NCBI RefSeq assembly: GCF_006345805.1
Contig: NC_042997.1
Coordinates: 69,254,001 to 69,318,000, forward strand
Source: Octopus sinensis
Lineage: Eukaryota
Direction of reading: 5' to 3'
DNA: 64,000 nucleotides
Position numbers and translations under genes: made by a program. Of this stretch, positions 38,923 to 52,985 are shown piece after piece. The stretch's first letter is position 1, and each line of letters begins with the position of its first letter. The notes below the pieces were generated by a model. That model was not told where the DNA came from, did not search any database, and saw only the letters and a program-made list of their open reading frames with translations.

Positions 38923-41900
38923 CACAACACAAACACACATACACACGCACACACACATATATTTAGGGCAAGAGTAATTTTCTTTTCTAATGCTTTTGCT
39001 TTCACCCGCGCTTACTCAATCAAATTTTTACGATGTTCTTAGTGTAATACATCTTGTTTTATGGATTACATGCCTTGCTTGGTTTAGCTGCGTATCTCGA
39101 TTTATAATGTGCAATATATCTCCTAAGTTTCATTGCACTGGTTCGGTGTATAGAATCCCTATCGATTAAATAAACTATATCGGTGGTTGCAAATCTATGA
39201 TAGGTGTATCATTAATGACAAGGTGGGTTTTTTGTGGAAAAATCTTTTTGGAATATCATGTTATAAGAAAAATCGTATTCATAAGCATTTGACTAAAATT
39301 CACAGAAACGTAGGAATTTCCGACACACCAAGCTTAAATTAGCCATCCCTGGATCATTCCAATTTCTACAAGAAATCTTGAAAGCAGTTTTCAATTGAGA
39401 ATTCCAATTTTATAAAATGTTATAAAGTTGTAATGATGTTACAATATGGAAAGGTTAGAATTTTTATACTAGCATTAAACGAATGTGTATTTATTTAGGA
39501 AGTGCAAAAAAAGAAACCCGTATTTTCGGGTTTTTTTAGTTTCTATAATTAATGATGTCTAAGAGAGAAAGAAGGCTACAGGATTATTTTTAGGAAGTTG
39601 AATTAATACAAAGTTAGCAGTGAGGAAGACAACCACATTAATGTTTCAAACTGTTATCACTTTTGTCGAAGAGTGATCTTTTTTGTTAACGAATAGCAAA
39701 TTCTATTGCAAAGATAGGTTTCTTCTTTTTAAATTCAGAAATATTTTATATCTATATTTTATGTAATTTCTATAGATTTCTTTTATTCCTTCAAAGCTAC
39801 AACTTTGTAGGTCAGTACACGTCCCATACATCTTTCATGAACCCATAAATGACAAAACACTATATTGATATCATATTAAGATACTGCAAGGTATTTTGTC
39901 AAATAATCTAGCGGTTCTTTGGCGCCACTGTTAATTGTTATGTTAACTGTCTTGGCATCCTCTATATTGCTCAGTTGATATTGTGGTAAGTTGTAGTAAA
40001 ACTGATTCTGGTGACAGATAACGTGATGAACGAAATTACACGTACAAAAGGTACGACAATCTGCAATTGTTTCTTTCTGAAAATCATAATCCAATTTTTA
40101 TCCTTAATAACACTTCTTAAATTACACTTCTTAAATATTATTGGGTGGGATACACACCCACACATACACACGTACACACAAACACACACACACACACACA
40201 CACACACATTGCACATACATACGCATGCACACATACACAACATATTACACAAACATATATATGAGTGTGAGTGTATCTCTGTCTGGATGTTTGCGTTGTG
40301 CTAGCGCGCATGTGCACGTTTATATGTGCATGAAGTAAAAAGACAAGCTAAACTAATGAAATATTATGAGAAGGTAGGATGGTAATACAGAAGGGATAAA
40401 GAGATCAATAAAGAGGTTAATCGTTGCCGGAAGATTGCGAAGCATAACTGACGAGTTACTACGTCAATGACAACGTTTAAGCTATCAGTGCTGGTGGTCT
40501 TTGTACAGCCTCTTCCAAATATCTTTAATATAAAAACGAACGAAAGAGGGTGGAGGGAATGCGAGATATTAAACTCATTACAATTATTGCTATTATCACA
40601 TACAACTGCTGTAACACAAGCTGCATTATTTGAAATAAATTGACTCCAGTTTATGCTTTGTTGAGTATGTTCACGTACTGTCATTATTTCCTATGCTGAT
40701 AAAGGCATGAATGTATCGTGATCGCATTCATTTGCATTTCGTACAAGCGTGTGTTTGTGCTTGCAATTAACAATATTTCATGTCACATTCCCTAATCCGA
40801 AAGAATAGTGCAATATTGAAGTTATAACCTGCTAGCTATATTAGACAAGGCCGATAAATTTTTGAGACAAACTGCACCCAAGAGCACGTTATCTAATTTG
40901 GCATTTATATCTAAGACGGTAGGATGTAGCCTAAAAAAGTTTCCGTTGCTCTTTAAAAAATGTTAAATACTGCACACAGAGATACTGTCATTGACACGCT
41001 AAGTTTTGTGATTCAGATGAAGATGGAGGAGTTCGAAGTTAACAATAGAAGATTTTAAAAAAACCCTGAGAAAGGCAGTACGTAATATCTGCCTTCGTTT
41101 AGGTGAGGCGTTTTAGAGATCAATTAACAATGAGATAGCAATTTGACAGGAAACGAATAAAGAATAGATTAACACATTTTTTTTAAATGACAGTTTTTAA
41201 ATAATCATTTATTAACGGAGACTCGACCCGTAAATATTTAGATATTTTGTTAAAGTTGTGTGTTATAAGGTTTTCACTGTTATTGTTTAGCTCCAGATAA
41301 GATATGATCCAGTGCAGAAAAACTATGATGCCAGTATTACAGGATTGATTACTCTGTCATTTTTTTTTTTTTGTCTTTCTGACATTTATCAAGGACTACA
41401 TTGATCGATGTACTCTGCATTAAGAGAAAGCGATTTGATTTCTATTTCTAATCGTAGCAATCATGTATCGATTCTCATGCTTCTTTATATAACATTCCAA
41501 GAATTACTGCCTTATTTCTGCCAATGTTGTTGGCTTTGTTGCTGTGGTGGTGTTATTGGTTGTGATTGCGGGGAGATGGCCATGTACTGAACGATCAAAA
41601 TTTTTATTTTCTCATTTAATACTATTTTAATTCCATTCACTTCTGGGGTTTCATATGTGCACCTGCTTGTCTTTCACCTCTCGTCCCCATCCTCGCTCCC
41701 TATATATAAGCATACATACATATAATGTGTACATACATATATGTGTACATACATATATAAATATATGAGTGTATAACTGTGTGGGTCCATGGTTCATTTA
41801 TTTCATCGATTAAGTAATGCTGAAAAGTCGAGGTCAACTTAGATTTTATCATGCTCGGGTTGGAAGTCAATAGAAGCAAATAACACCCAAGTACTAGGTT

Positions 41901-42029
41901 GATTGAATCGACAAACGTACTCCTCTAAATTTCGAGGTTTGCACTAATAAACGAAGCAGTTATTACGCCTCACCAAACTGGAGCGCATGCTTTTTCGTTT
42001 TCTGTAGAAGGGGAGCGTTCCTTGGTCAG

Positions 42030-42370
42030 GTGCTTCATATGTTGTGAACATCCATTGAATGGAGAACTGGTGATACTGTGGCTGATGTTGTACAAACATG
42101 CACTGAGTTTAGGACATCTTCAGCGCTTCTTTGGCGATGATAAGGTGTAGACATCGCTTTTCAGATTCATTCATCCGCAGCTCGTCTTTTTGACTGAGCT
42201 AAAGTTCTGGAACAAGCACAGACCGAAGCAAGGCACCTGGCACACAGAGTGCCATCAGATGCTCACAGGTTTCTATCAGTCGGACACTCTGGCGTTCTAT
42301 AGATGGTTAGTGGCGGGAAAATGCGACGATATTCTCGGAGAGACATTGGGCGTCGGTGGGAATCAACCCT
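42030..42370 (+). mobile_element. RTE-like LINE RT C-terminal fragment, decayed
   Basis: Frameshifted W.MLYKH..L..LQRF, KVLEQA, AFYRWLVAGK (compare LFYGEL..GKR). Confidence 0.45.
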
Positions 42371-42448
42371 CCTAAGTATCCTAGCTGTCCCTAATAACAC
42401 TGTTTTCTGAAGCTCTACTAAATTGGGTTTTATGCATATTTCCTCTGT

Positions 42449-42995
42449 TTATCTGTTCAGATATTTAGGGATAGTTCGCAAAGCACCTATAACTAGTGGG
42501 ATACATTTTATCTGCACTTTCCATAGTCTACCTAATTCAATAGCTAGATCCTGGTACTTTGCTATTTCTTCTATAATTCTCATATAATTTTTTTCATCAT
42601 TTGGGACTGTAAAGTCAATTATCTGGCACTTTCTAATCTCTTTATCTACTACTACGAAATCAAGCCTTCTAGCTTCTATTACTCTGTCAGTATGAATATT
42701 AAACTTCCCACAACATCTTGTACTTCTTACTTTCTGGTGATTTGCTAGGTTCATGCCCACACCATTTATCAGCATGTTCAAATCCTAGTTTTCTACAAAG
42801 CTCTCAGTGGATTGCTCTCCCTAGATTGTCATGCTACATTCACTTACTACATGAGTAACGCTTCCTTTTTTCATTTGCATAATCTACATTAGGAATTTAC
42901 TTGGTTTTTGTCTATTTTGGCTTTTATTCAATTAGTCCTTAATGCTTGATCTACCTCTTCAGCTTTCCCTTCTGCAGTCATAACCATATCCCTTA
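42449..42995 (-). mobile_element. R4/Dong-like fragment B (CCHC region plus RLE endonuclease)
   Basis: DQALRTN.IKAKIDK..CRLCK; FNIHTDRVIEARRLDFVVVDK..CQIIDFTVPND..KYQDLAIELGRLWK..IPLVIGAL. Its 5' junction abuts (GAT)n(AAT)n at 43004-43099. Confidence 0.85.
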
Positions 42996-43026
42996 TTTCT
43001 TAACATCATCATCATCATCATCATCA

Positions 43027-43099
<73 letters not shown>

Positions 43100-43100
<1 letters not shown>

Positions 43101-45065
43101 ATTGAGTGAGAGAGTAGTATTCAAACCTTACAGAATTCGTCTCAATACATGGTTATGATGCTCCCTCACTACTTCTGCTCGTGATCAGAGATGCACATAT
43201 CGTCAACCACAAAAGGGCATTCACAAGTTGTTAAAATCAAGCAACTGACAATAAACCTATGATATTGAGCATAATATTTGCTGTAGGACCTCTTTTATGC
43301 CAAGACAACACATGTACATAATAACATTTCCAATCATTGAAGATCAGAAGCCACGGGAGCCTGTGCCTGGTATTGCATCAAGGTATTTATCGTTGTTTTT
43401 GTTGTTTTACTTTTCAGAACGTTCGGTCGTGTTTGTTCTGGTAGATTCTGTGAGAGCAGAACAGATAGCAGCCTGATCTCAGTAGGTATCACAGGGTCAT
43501 TTCCACACATTATAAGCTTTGATACTTGACCGTTAATTATCATGGCAGACATTCAACATCCAAGTTCCAATCCTCGAAATCCTAGATGCGGAGCAGATTT
43601 TGGGGTTTGCTCTGCTCTCATGTCGATTCGGATTCTTTGACATATTTCTCGAACTTGATTGTTAGTGCTCCGAGTGCCCCGGCAACTACTGGAATGACAG
43701 GTACTTACCTCATAGACCACATCTTTACAATTACGTCTTTGACTAGTTTGTATTTTTCAATCTTTTCTAGTTCTTTGTTACTTATGCGTGCATCTGCAAG
43801 TATTACAATATCTATGATCTTAGTCTCTTTTTCCCTTTATCTACCACAACAATATCTGGTCTCCGAGCTTCGATTAGCGAGTTACATTGGATTGTAAAAT
43901 CCCACAGTATCTTATGTTCCTTGTTCTCGGTGATTCCCTCTGGTTCATGTTCGTACCATTTCCGTGCTCTGTTCAAACCGTACTTTCCACATAGCCTCAG
44001 TGGACGAACTTAGCCACATTATCATGCCTCCTTTTGTTGTGCTTTTGGGTCAGCTTGCTACACTCACTCAAAATATGTGAGGTTGTTTCAGTTTTGTTCC
44101 CACACATCCTACTAAAAGGCAATTCGTTGCTCTTAATAACTTGGTGTAATTAGTTCTCAGGGCTTGTTTTTGGCGCTGCATATCAATGCTTCAGTGCATC
44201 CTTTCAGATCACTTTTTCTTAACCATCTCTAAGCGTTGGCCTTGTCTTTGCTTTCGATTTCTCTGAGGTATTATTTCATTCAGGCAGTGATTTCATTTTC
44301 CAGTTGATTATTGTTTCTTCATCTTGTTTCTTAAATGTTTGTGGGTGCATCACATTTTGGTTAGGCATCATATTGCTAATACTAACAGTGGCAAGCAAGG
44401 ATTCCCTCTGCTGTTTGATATACTATCCCAGACTCTTGCTCTTGTTGACAACACAGATCTTGCATCCTATAAGATCTCTTCCACTCCTGTTTCTTGGCAC
44501 ATACTGTCTGTCAGTATCGCTTTTTGGGTGTAGTTCCTTGTTAATTATCATCTCTTTTCTAGTTTTCCTGTCCATTTCCTCAAGCACGTTCTTTATCCAC
44601 CTAACAACACCTGCGCCATATCGCATTAAGGAAACAGCCCATTTTGTTTTTTCCATTGAGCCTACTTCCCATAATTAACTTGGTTCTACCGAGAAATTCT
44701 CACCTAAAACTTTCCTTGATTTTGTCGTATTCTAAATTCCCCAGATATTTAAACCCATTAGACTCAGTATCCTTGGTTTTCTCGCCGTTGGGTTGCTACA
44801 CCATCAGATTACACTAATTTGCCTTTTATTTATTTATTCATTTATTTTGTTATAAGCATATCACACTTTTTAGTTCCAGATTCCATTCCGATATCCTTAC
44901 TGAATATCTGCACTGTAAAAAGTAGGACCTTAATTTCACGTTCGGTTTTTCCAAAGATCATTAAATTATCCATATATAATAGATGATTTACTATTCATCC
45001 ACTTTCCAAGGTGTACCACATTCCGTAGTATCTGTGTGAGGGGTATCATACAATTACAAACAGAA
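43100..45065 (-). mobile_element. 5'-truncated R4/Dong-like element, tandem copy 1
   Basis: MIPLTQILRN, VNHLLYMDNL, FKYLGNLEYD, LMRYGAG, ELHPKSDTDRQYVPR, KWYEHEPEG..ILWDFTIQ..EARRPDIVVVDK; about 450 bp of 3' UTR or SINE-like sequence; (TAA)n on both sides. Confidence 0.88.
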
Positions 45066-45108
45066 ATTATTATTATTATTAATTTTATTATTAATTTTAT
45101 TATTATTA

Positions 45109-45165
<57 letters not shown>

Positions 45166-45230
45166 CATTATTATTATTAATATTATTATTATTATCATCA
45201 TCATCATCATCATTATTATTATTATTATTA

Positions 45231-45267
<37 letters not shown>

Positions 45268-45282
45268 TATTATTATTATTAT

Positions 45283-47250
45283 AATTGAGTGAGAGAGTAG
45301 TATTCAAACCTTACAGAATTCGTCTCAATACATGGTTATGATGCTCCCTCACTACTTCTGCTCGTGATCAGAGATGCACATATCGTCAACCACAAAAGGG
45401 CATTCACAAGTTGTTAAAATCAAGCAACTGACAATAAACCTATGATATTGAGCATAATATTTGCTGTAGGACATCTTTTATGCCAAGACAACACATGTAC
45501 ATAATAACATTTCCAATCATTGAAGATCAGAAGCCACGGGAGCCTGTGCCTGGTATTGCATCAAGGTATTTATCGTTGTTTTTGTTGTTTTACTTTTCAG
45601 AACGTTCGGTCGTGTTTGTTCTGGTAGATTCTGTGAGAGCAGAACAGATAGCAGCCTGATCTCAGTAGGTATCACAGGGTCATTTCCACACATTATAAGC
45701 TTTGATACTTGACCGTTAATTATCATGGCAGACATTCAACATCCAAGTTCCAATCCTCGAAATCCTAGATGCGGAGCAGATTTTGGGGTTTGCTCTGCTC
45801 TCATGTCGATTCGGATTTCTTTGACATATTTCTCGAACTTGATTGTTAGTGCTCCGAGTGCCCCGGCAACTACTGGAATGACAGGTACTTACCTCATAGA
45901 CCACATCTTTACAATTACGTCTTTGACTAGTTTGTATTTTTCAATCTTTTCTAGTTCTTTGTTACTTATGCGTGCATCTGCAAGTATTACAATATCTATG
46001 ATCTTAGTCTCTTTTTCCCTTTATCTACCACAACAATATCTGGTCTCCGAGCTTCGATTAGCGAGTTACATTGGATTGTAAAATCCCACAGTATCTTATG
46101 TTCCTTGTTCTCGGTGATTCCCTCTGGTTCATGTTCGTACCATTTCCGTGCTCTGTTCAAACCGTACTTTCCACATAGCCTCAGTGGACGAACTTAGCCA
46201 CATTATCATGCCTCCTTTTGTTGTGCTTTTGGGTCAGCTTGCTACACTCACTCAAAATATGTGAGGTTGTTTCAGTTTTGTTCCCACACATCCTACTAAA
46301 AGGCAATTCGTTGCTCTTAATAACTTGGTGTAATTAGTTCTCAGGGCTTGTTTTTGGCGCTGCATATCAATGCTTCAGTGCATCCTTTCAGATCACTTTT
46401 TCTTAACCATCTCTAAGCGTTGGCCTTGTCTTTGCTTTCGATTTCTCTGAGGTATTATTTCATTCAGGCAGTGATTTCATTTTCCAGTTGATTATTGTTT
46501 CTTCATCTTGTTTCTTAAATGTTTGTGGGTGCATCACATTTTGGTTAGGCATCATATTGCTAATACTAACAGTGGCAAGCAAGGATTCCCTCTGCTGTTT
46601 GATATACTATCCCAGACTCTTGCTCTTGTTGACAACACAGATCTTGCATCCTATAAGATCTCTTCCACTCCTGTTTCTTGGCACATACTGTCTGTCAGTA
46701 TCGCTTTTTGGGTGTAGTTCCTTGTTAATTATCATCTCTTTTCTAGTTTTCCTGTCCATTTCCTCAAGCACGTTCTTTATCCACCTAACAACACCTGCGC
46801 CATATCGCATTAAGGAAACAGCCCATTTTGTTTTTTCCATTGAGCCTACTTCCCATAATAACTTGGTTCTACCGAGAAATTCTCACCTAAAACTTTCCTT
46901 GATTTTGTCGTATTCTAAATTCCCCAGATATTTAAACCCATTAGACTCAGTATCCTTGGTTTTCTCGCCGTTGGGTTGCTACACCATCAGATTACACTAA
47001 TTTGCCTTTTATTTATTTATTCATTTATTTTGTTATAAGCATATCACACTTTTTAGTTCCAGATTCCATTCCGATATCCTTACTGAATATCTGCACTGTA
47101 AAAAGTAGGACCTTAATTTCACGTTCGGTTTTTCCAAAGATCATTAAATTATCCATATATAATAGATGATTTACTATTCATCCACTTTCCAAGGTGTACC
47201 ACATTCCGTAGTATCTGTGTGAGGGGTATCATACAAATTACAAACAGCAA
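45283..47250 (-). mobile_element. 5'-truncated R4/Dong-like element, tandem copy 2 (near-identical to copy 1)
   Basis: Same sequence offset by 2183-2184 bp, with the same truncation point and the same disabling mutations. Confidence 0.88.
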
Positions 47251-47278
47251 TTATTATTATTATTAATTTTATTATTAA

Positions 47279-47350
<72 letters not shown>

Positions 47351-47483
47351 CATTATTATTATTAATATTATTATTATTATCATCATCATCATCATCATTA
47401 CTATTATCATTATTATTATTATTATTTTTGTTATTATTATTATTATTGTTGTTGTTGTTATTATCATTATTATTATTATCATT

Positions 47484-50400
47484 GCCTTTGCACATCTTCT
47501 AACGCAGGAGTTGTACAACAGTGTGAGCTGTACACTACCAGTGAACTAAGGTAACACCTGTTATTTTTCGAGTACCTTCCAGAGTATTCGAGCGGTTGCA
47601 AGCAGTGATGTTTTCTGCAAGTGCTCCACTCTTATTGCAGCCCCTATTAGTTCCACGTACTTCTCGATATTTTTTCTCACTGTTCCCAGGGCTCCGACAA
47701 TTATTGATACTACTACAACCTTTTTCATCGACCACAACTACTTAACCTCCCAAGCTGACATGTCATATCTCTCAACTTTTATTTCTTCCTTATTCGCATG
47801 CCTTGTTGTCACCTGGGCATACTGTATCTATGATCCATCATAGTTTGCTTTCTTTCTCAATTAAAACTATGTCTGGTTTTCTATCCTCTATCTCATGGTC
47901 GTACTAACTCATAAAATCTCATAGGATCTTTGCATTATCATTTTTACGATACCTTCAGGTTTGAGGTCGTACCAATTTTTTGCTCTGTCAAATCCATACT
48001 TGTTGCAAAGTGTCCAATGGAGAAGCCTGGCTATATTGTCGTGGCGTCTCTTATATTCCTTCTGGGATAGTGGTCTACATTAGCTGGTAATATGCCATAA
48101 GGTTTCATCGTTTTTTCTACATATTCTGCACTTATCCTTTTCTGCTGTGTTGTCTATCTGTATTTTATGTAGTTTGTTCTTAGTGCTTGCTCTTGGGCAG
48201 AACAGATTAGAGCCTCTGTTTCCGGTTTTAAATCGCTCTTAGTCATCCATAACCATCTTTTTTTTTTTATCTGTCTGTCTTATCTTCAACATCCCTATGA
48301 AATTGACCATGAATTCTTTTCTTTACCCACCTACTTTCAGTTTCATTCGTTTTCAAGTCCTTGTACAGTGCTTTATCTTTGCAATCTTTCATCCTATACA
48401 AGCCTGACCTTCTTACTTCTAATAATAGCGGTTTGTGGCATTTTTACATATCATGCTATGTTGTTTTCTGCTACTCTAATGCTGTGTTCGCATCCATTAA
48501 GTCCTCTTCCCCTCTTTTTCTTGGTACATACAGTCTGTCTGTGTCACTTTTTAGGTGGAGTTACCGATATCTGGTTAACAACTTCCTTACCTTTCTGTCT
48601 AAGCTCTTTAGTTCGTCTACTGTCCCTGCGATTACCCATGCTTCATATCTAAGCAGTGAAACCGCCCAGATGTTCAGAACTTCGATTTTATTCCGTCCAT
48701 TTAATTTCGACTTAAAGATCAGTCTCAGTCTGCTCAAGTACACCACCTTAAATTTTTCTGTCATTTCTTTCACCATCAATTTATCCATTTCCAAAATACC
48801 CAAGTACTTATAGCCCGACGGTATCGTTAGCCTATCCATACATTTGATTTTGCCTCTCTTCAAGTCTAACCCACAACACTTTCTCAGTCCGAACTCCATT
48901 CTGACATCAGCACTGAAAGTATACACCGTATCAACGAGGTAACTAACTTGGGATTCACTTTAGCATAAGGTTTGAGGTAATCTATGAATAACAAATGGTT
49001 GACTTTGTGTTGGCGGCTTTTGAATACATACCCAGCTTTTGCTTTCCTCAGAATCAGTGCTAGTGGTATCAAGCACAGTACAACGATCAGTGGGGACAGA
49101 CTGTCCTCTTGGAAGCTGCCCCTCCTAATTTCTACTGTCTCCAAACTTCTTCCGTATACTGTCAGGTCCGTCCTCCAATTCGCCATAATTTTTCCAAGCA
49201 ATCGCTCAACATTTGATGCAATACTAAATAGGTTCATACACTCCATAATCCAAGAATGTAAGAATGTGGAATCGTATCGTACGCCTTACGATAGTCGATC
49301 CATGACTTGGCTACGTTACTTTTCCTCATCTTGCTGTCTCTAAATACAGTTTTGTTTATCAGGAGTTGATCCTTGGTACCTCTGCACTTACGCTTGCAAC
49401 CCTTCTGCTCATATGGTAGGACTCCATTTTTTCCAGGGTTTCGTACATTGACTCTGCGATTATTCCAGTCAATAATTTCCACATAAGTGGCAAACATGAT
49501 ATCGGCCTGTAATTGTCTACCGTATTGCCGTTTTCGATGCTTTTCCAGGCACAGCACTGTCCTACCCAATGTCAGGACAGTGTTACTTGGTCGGCATTTA
49601 AAAAGGTGCTGAGTTGTGCAGCTATTCGAGCATGACATTCACCAAATCTTTTGATCCAGTAGCCTTGAACTCCATCTGGTCCCAGGGCCTTCCAGTTGCC
49701 CATTTTTTTGCTGATTTCCTTCACTTCCCTAACTGAAATGACTAGTTCTGCCTGTTTTGGACAGACTACTGTTTGTTTCAGTTCTTGCAACCATTCAGCA
49801 TCCTTCTCGTGCTCCTTGCCTTTGCTCTAGGTGTCACTCCAAGACCTTTAACTTTCAATGTTATCTGGTATCTACATTTCATCTGTACACTCTCCTTTTA
49901 TTTCTTTGTAGAATCTCTTTTGATCTACTCTGAATAACCTATTCTGCTGGTATCCCTTCATTCGTTGGTCGTATCATACCATCTTTGCTTTCTTTACAAC
50001 GAGGCGCTGTTTGAGTTCCTCCATTATCACTATCAGGCCCTTTTTTTCAATATTATACTTCTTGTTTAGTGCCTTGTATTTTTGTTCGCTTTTAAGCTCC
50101 CCCTTTTCTTTTCGGTCTAACACAGGAATGTACTTCGAGAGCATGTCTAACCCTGCCTGTATTCTTTTTTTCCACCATGGAACTTTTCTTTTGTCACTCC
50201 CATTATATTTCTTTTTCTTGACATCAACATCCACGTTTTTTGCTACAACAATACATACTGCATTGATCAAATTATCTGTTTTTGTGATGTTTTTTGTTCT
50301 AATGTATTTCAGAATTTCATTCACATTTTTCATTTCTTGGTTCAATATCTACAGATCAACCTTTTTAAGGCTGCAAATAATGTCACTATCGTTTTCCTAC

Positions 50401-50660
50401 AGCGTTTGTCTTTATTTTGTCGTAGATTGCATTTTGCCCATCTCTCATGTCACCATGAGTTTTATTCTCTTCTTCCAAACCATCTATATGTCTCTCCTCG
50501 AGCAAGCTATCACTGTTCTTTTTCTGTGGTTTATTGGAGATTTCACTTCTGTTTCCAGCCATGAGATTACTTTTATCCGCAGGGACTAGATGCATCATGG
50601 ATGGAATAAATGAAAAGAAACGAGTCACAATTTGGTTTAGCGATGGAATTGATGATGATT

Positions 50661-50709
<49 letters not shown>

Positions 50710-50823
50710 TGAACGAACTATTGAGTTTGGTTTAATGGCCTACCAATGTATACTATGAGTTTCTTTGCCCTAGGAGTCGGGAAGACACTCGGCAAGAAAT
50801 GGAAGCAAATTTGAAAGAAGAAA

Positions 50824-50882
<59 letters not shown>

Positions 50883-51240
50883 TGATAATAATAATAATAA
50901 TAATAATAATGATGATGATGATGATGATGATGATGACGATGACGATGATCGTTTCCTCTGCTGCTGCTTTCCAATACCCATCTTTTGATAGCTTCGAGCT
51001 CTAATTCTGTAAACGAACGATTTTTTGTTATTGCTTTAGCTTGATCACATAATCTCTGTTCCGGGAGTTGAAACAACCTTCTCTGTTTCCATTGATGATA
51101 CATACGTTGTGGGGATCCCTTAAGATGAACACCATCTTCATCTATGGGGTTGTTCAGGTAGTAACACTCCATGATCACAGCATTGATTTCTTTGTTCCAT
51201 TTACGCTGTATGTGCTGGTCCCTTGCTGGATAACGACATG
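47484..51240 (-). mobile_element. Near full-length R4/Dong-like retrotransposon C, interrupted at 50588-50950
   Basis: N-terminus IMECYYLNNP..EQRLCDQAKAI..ELELEAIKR (50950-51240); VPWWKKRIQ; KALGPDGVQGYWIK; [10 protein letters not shown]; WIDYRKAYDTIPH; RRGSFQEDSLSP; NHLLFIDYLK; RHDNIARLLHW; RKPDIVL; ends LQKTSLLATARILWKVLEK* (47561); (TAA)n tail. Confidence 0.88.
50706..50822 (+). mobile_element. Very short 3' end of a Dong-like element between two (AAT)n tracts
   Basis: CCCTAGGAGTCGGGAAGACACTCGGCAAGAAATG resembles the 3' UTR of the 20118 element (CCCTAGGACGCTAGGTGTGTCTCGGCAAGTAATTG). Confidence 0.45.
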
Positions 51241-51447
51241 CTGGAGTTCAAATTCTCAATTCAAATTTCGCCGAGGTCGACTTAGCCTTTCATTCTTTCG
51301 GGGTCGATAAATTAAGTACCAGTGAAACACTGGGGTCGATGTAATCGGCATATACCGTGCCCCAAAATTGTGCCTATAGGATCATCATCATCATCATCAT
51401 CATCACCATCATCATCATCACAATCGTCATTATCATCATCATTATTA

Positions 51448-51551
<104 letters not shown>

Positions 51552-51950
51552 TTATTATTATTATTATTAAAATCATCATCAATTCCATCGCTAAACCAAA
51601 TTGTGACTTGTTTCTTTTCATTTATTCCATCCATGATGCATCTTAACAATAGTTTTGGAAGTTGAACACTCATCATTAGTGTGGCAGATATTAAGTGAGA
51701 GACGTGAAGTGTCTCATCCATAGCAAAATAAATATCCTAGCATTTAATCCATATCATCGTGTCGTATATTATTTTATTAAAGCTACTGGAAGGGATACAT
51801 TATTATACTTCTTCAAGTTGTATTGTCTTGTATCGGTTGCTATTGACAAGATAAATTCAGTTACACATTTAGTATGAGCTGATATTCTTAGCATGTAAGA
51901 AAGTACATTGTTGTAGTTATCGGTGATTTGCATTTATTTATGCATACACA

Positions 51951-51984
<34 letters not shown>

Positions 51985-52381
51985 CTCTGTCTCACTCTCT
52001 TTGTCTCGTTGTGTCTCTCTTTCATTCTCATACACAAACATGCACAGGCAGACATGCACATGCTCATATGCACACATATTTATATATACAAACACATAAT
52101 TATATGCATATAATGTATGCATGTATATATATAAAATATGTATTTCATTTATATATTACATATTGCATATTATATATGATATATATTATATATATATTAT
52201 GTTCATATAGTATGTATATTATATATATATATGTATATATACATAATATATATATATATATAAGTATAGATATACTATATACTTTATACACACACACACA
52301 CACATATAAGTATATATATGTACGTATGTATAAATAAATATAGGTGTATATACAAATCTTGTATTTTATGTACATTTCTAG

Positions 52382-52667
52382 GTCTGTTTGACTTGTGCCA
52401 TCAAAACCAATACACCAATGGTTGGTCGATTGGAATACGTACGAACGAACCTGGCATGGAAGAAGATGCTCGTGTGTACTTTGCTCTCAAAACAGACCGA
52501 TCAAAGGAGTCGACAGTACTGATGTCAGATCGATCTTATTTGCCTTACCAATGGCTACACGTTTCTGCGTCATACTCAGGCGAGAAAATGAAGTTGTATA
52601 TCAACAGTGCACTTGTTGCTGTTTCACAAGAGCAAACTGGCGACTTATTCAGTGCATCTGCTAACAG
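52382..52667 (+). CDS. PAPPA: Pappalysin (PAPP-A-like) internal exon, LamG-like jellyroll domain
   Basis: ttctag|GT acceptor and AG|gtatat donor (phase 1 to 2). GLFDLCHQNQYTNGWSIGI..DARVYFALKTDRSKESTVLMSDRSYLPYQWLHVSASYSGEKMKLYINSALVAVSQEQTGDLFS closely parallels the recalled human PAPP-A sequence GLYDKC..RGWVVGI..YFFSLKTDRA..RSYLPGQW..ATYDGQFMKLYVNGAQVA.SGEQVGGIFS. Confidence 0.93.
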
Positions 52668-52894
52668 GTATATGCAGTCTCCTTTTCTAGCTAATTTTCT
52701 CTTTTCTTAAAATTCTAGATGTTTTATTTAACATTTTGTGTTTATGTAACATTTTGTGTGTGTGCGTGTGTGTGTGTGTGTGTGTGTATGTGTGTTAGTT
52801 CGAGTGAGTGAGTGTGTGTATGTAAATGCGTGAACGTGTTTGTGTATGACAGTATACCTTTGTGTTTGCATGCATTAACTGATATATATATATA

Positions 52895-52985
<91 letters not shown>

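Noticed and set aside
39876-40094. 72-aa minus-strand Cys/His-containing ORF
   Set aside because: No recognisable domain and no supporting neighbouring exons.
44966-45307. Poly-Asn/Ile/Leu/Tyr ORFs (also 47174-47518, 50718-51178, 51322-51721, 61408-61645)
   Set aside because: They are (AAT)n/(GAT)n/(AAC)n tracts read through, partly fused to TE remnants.
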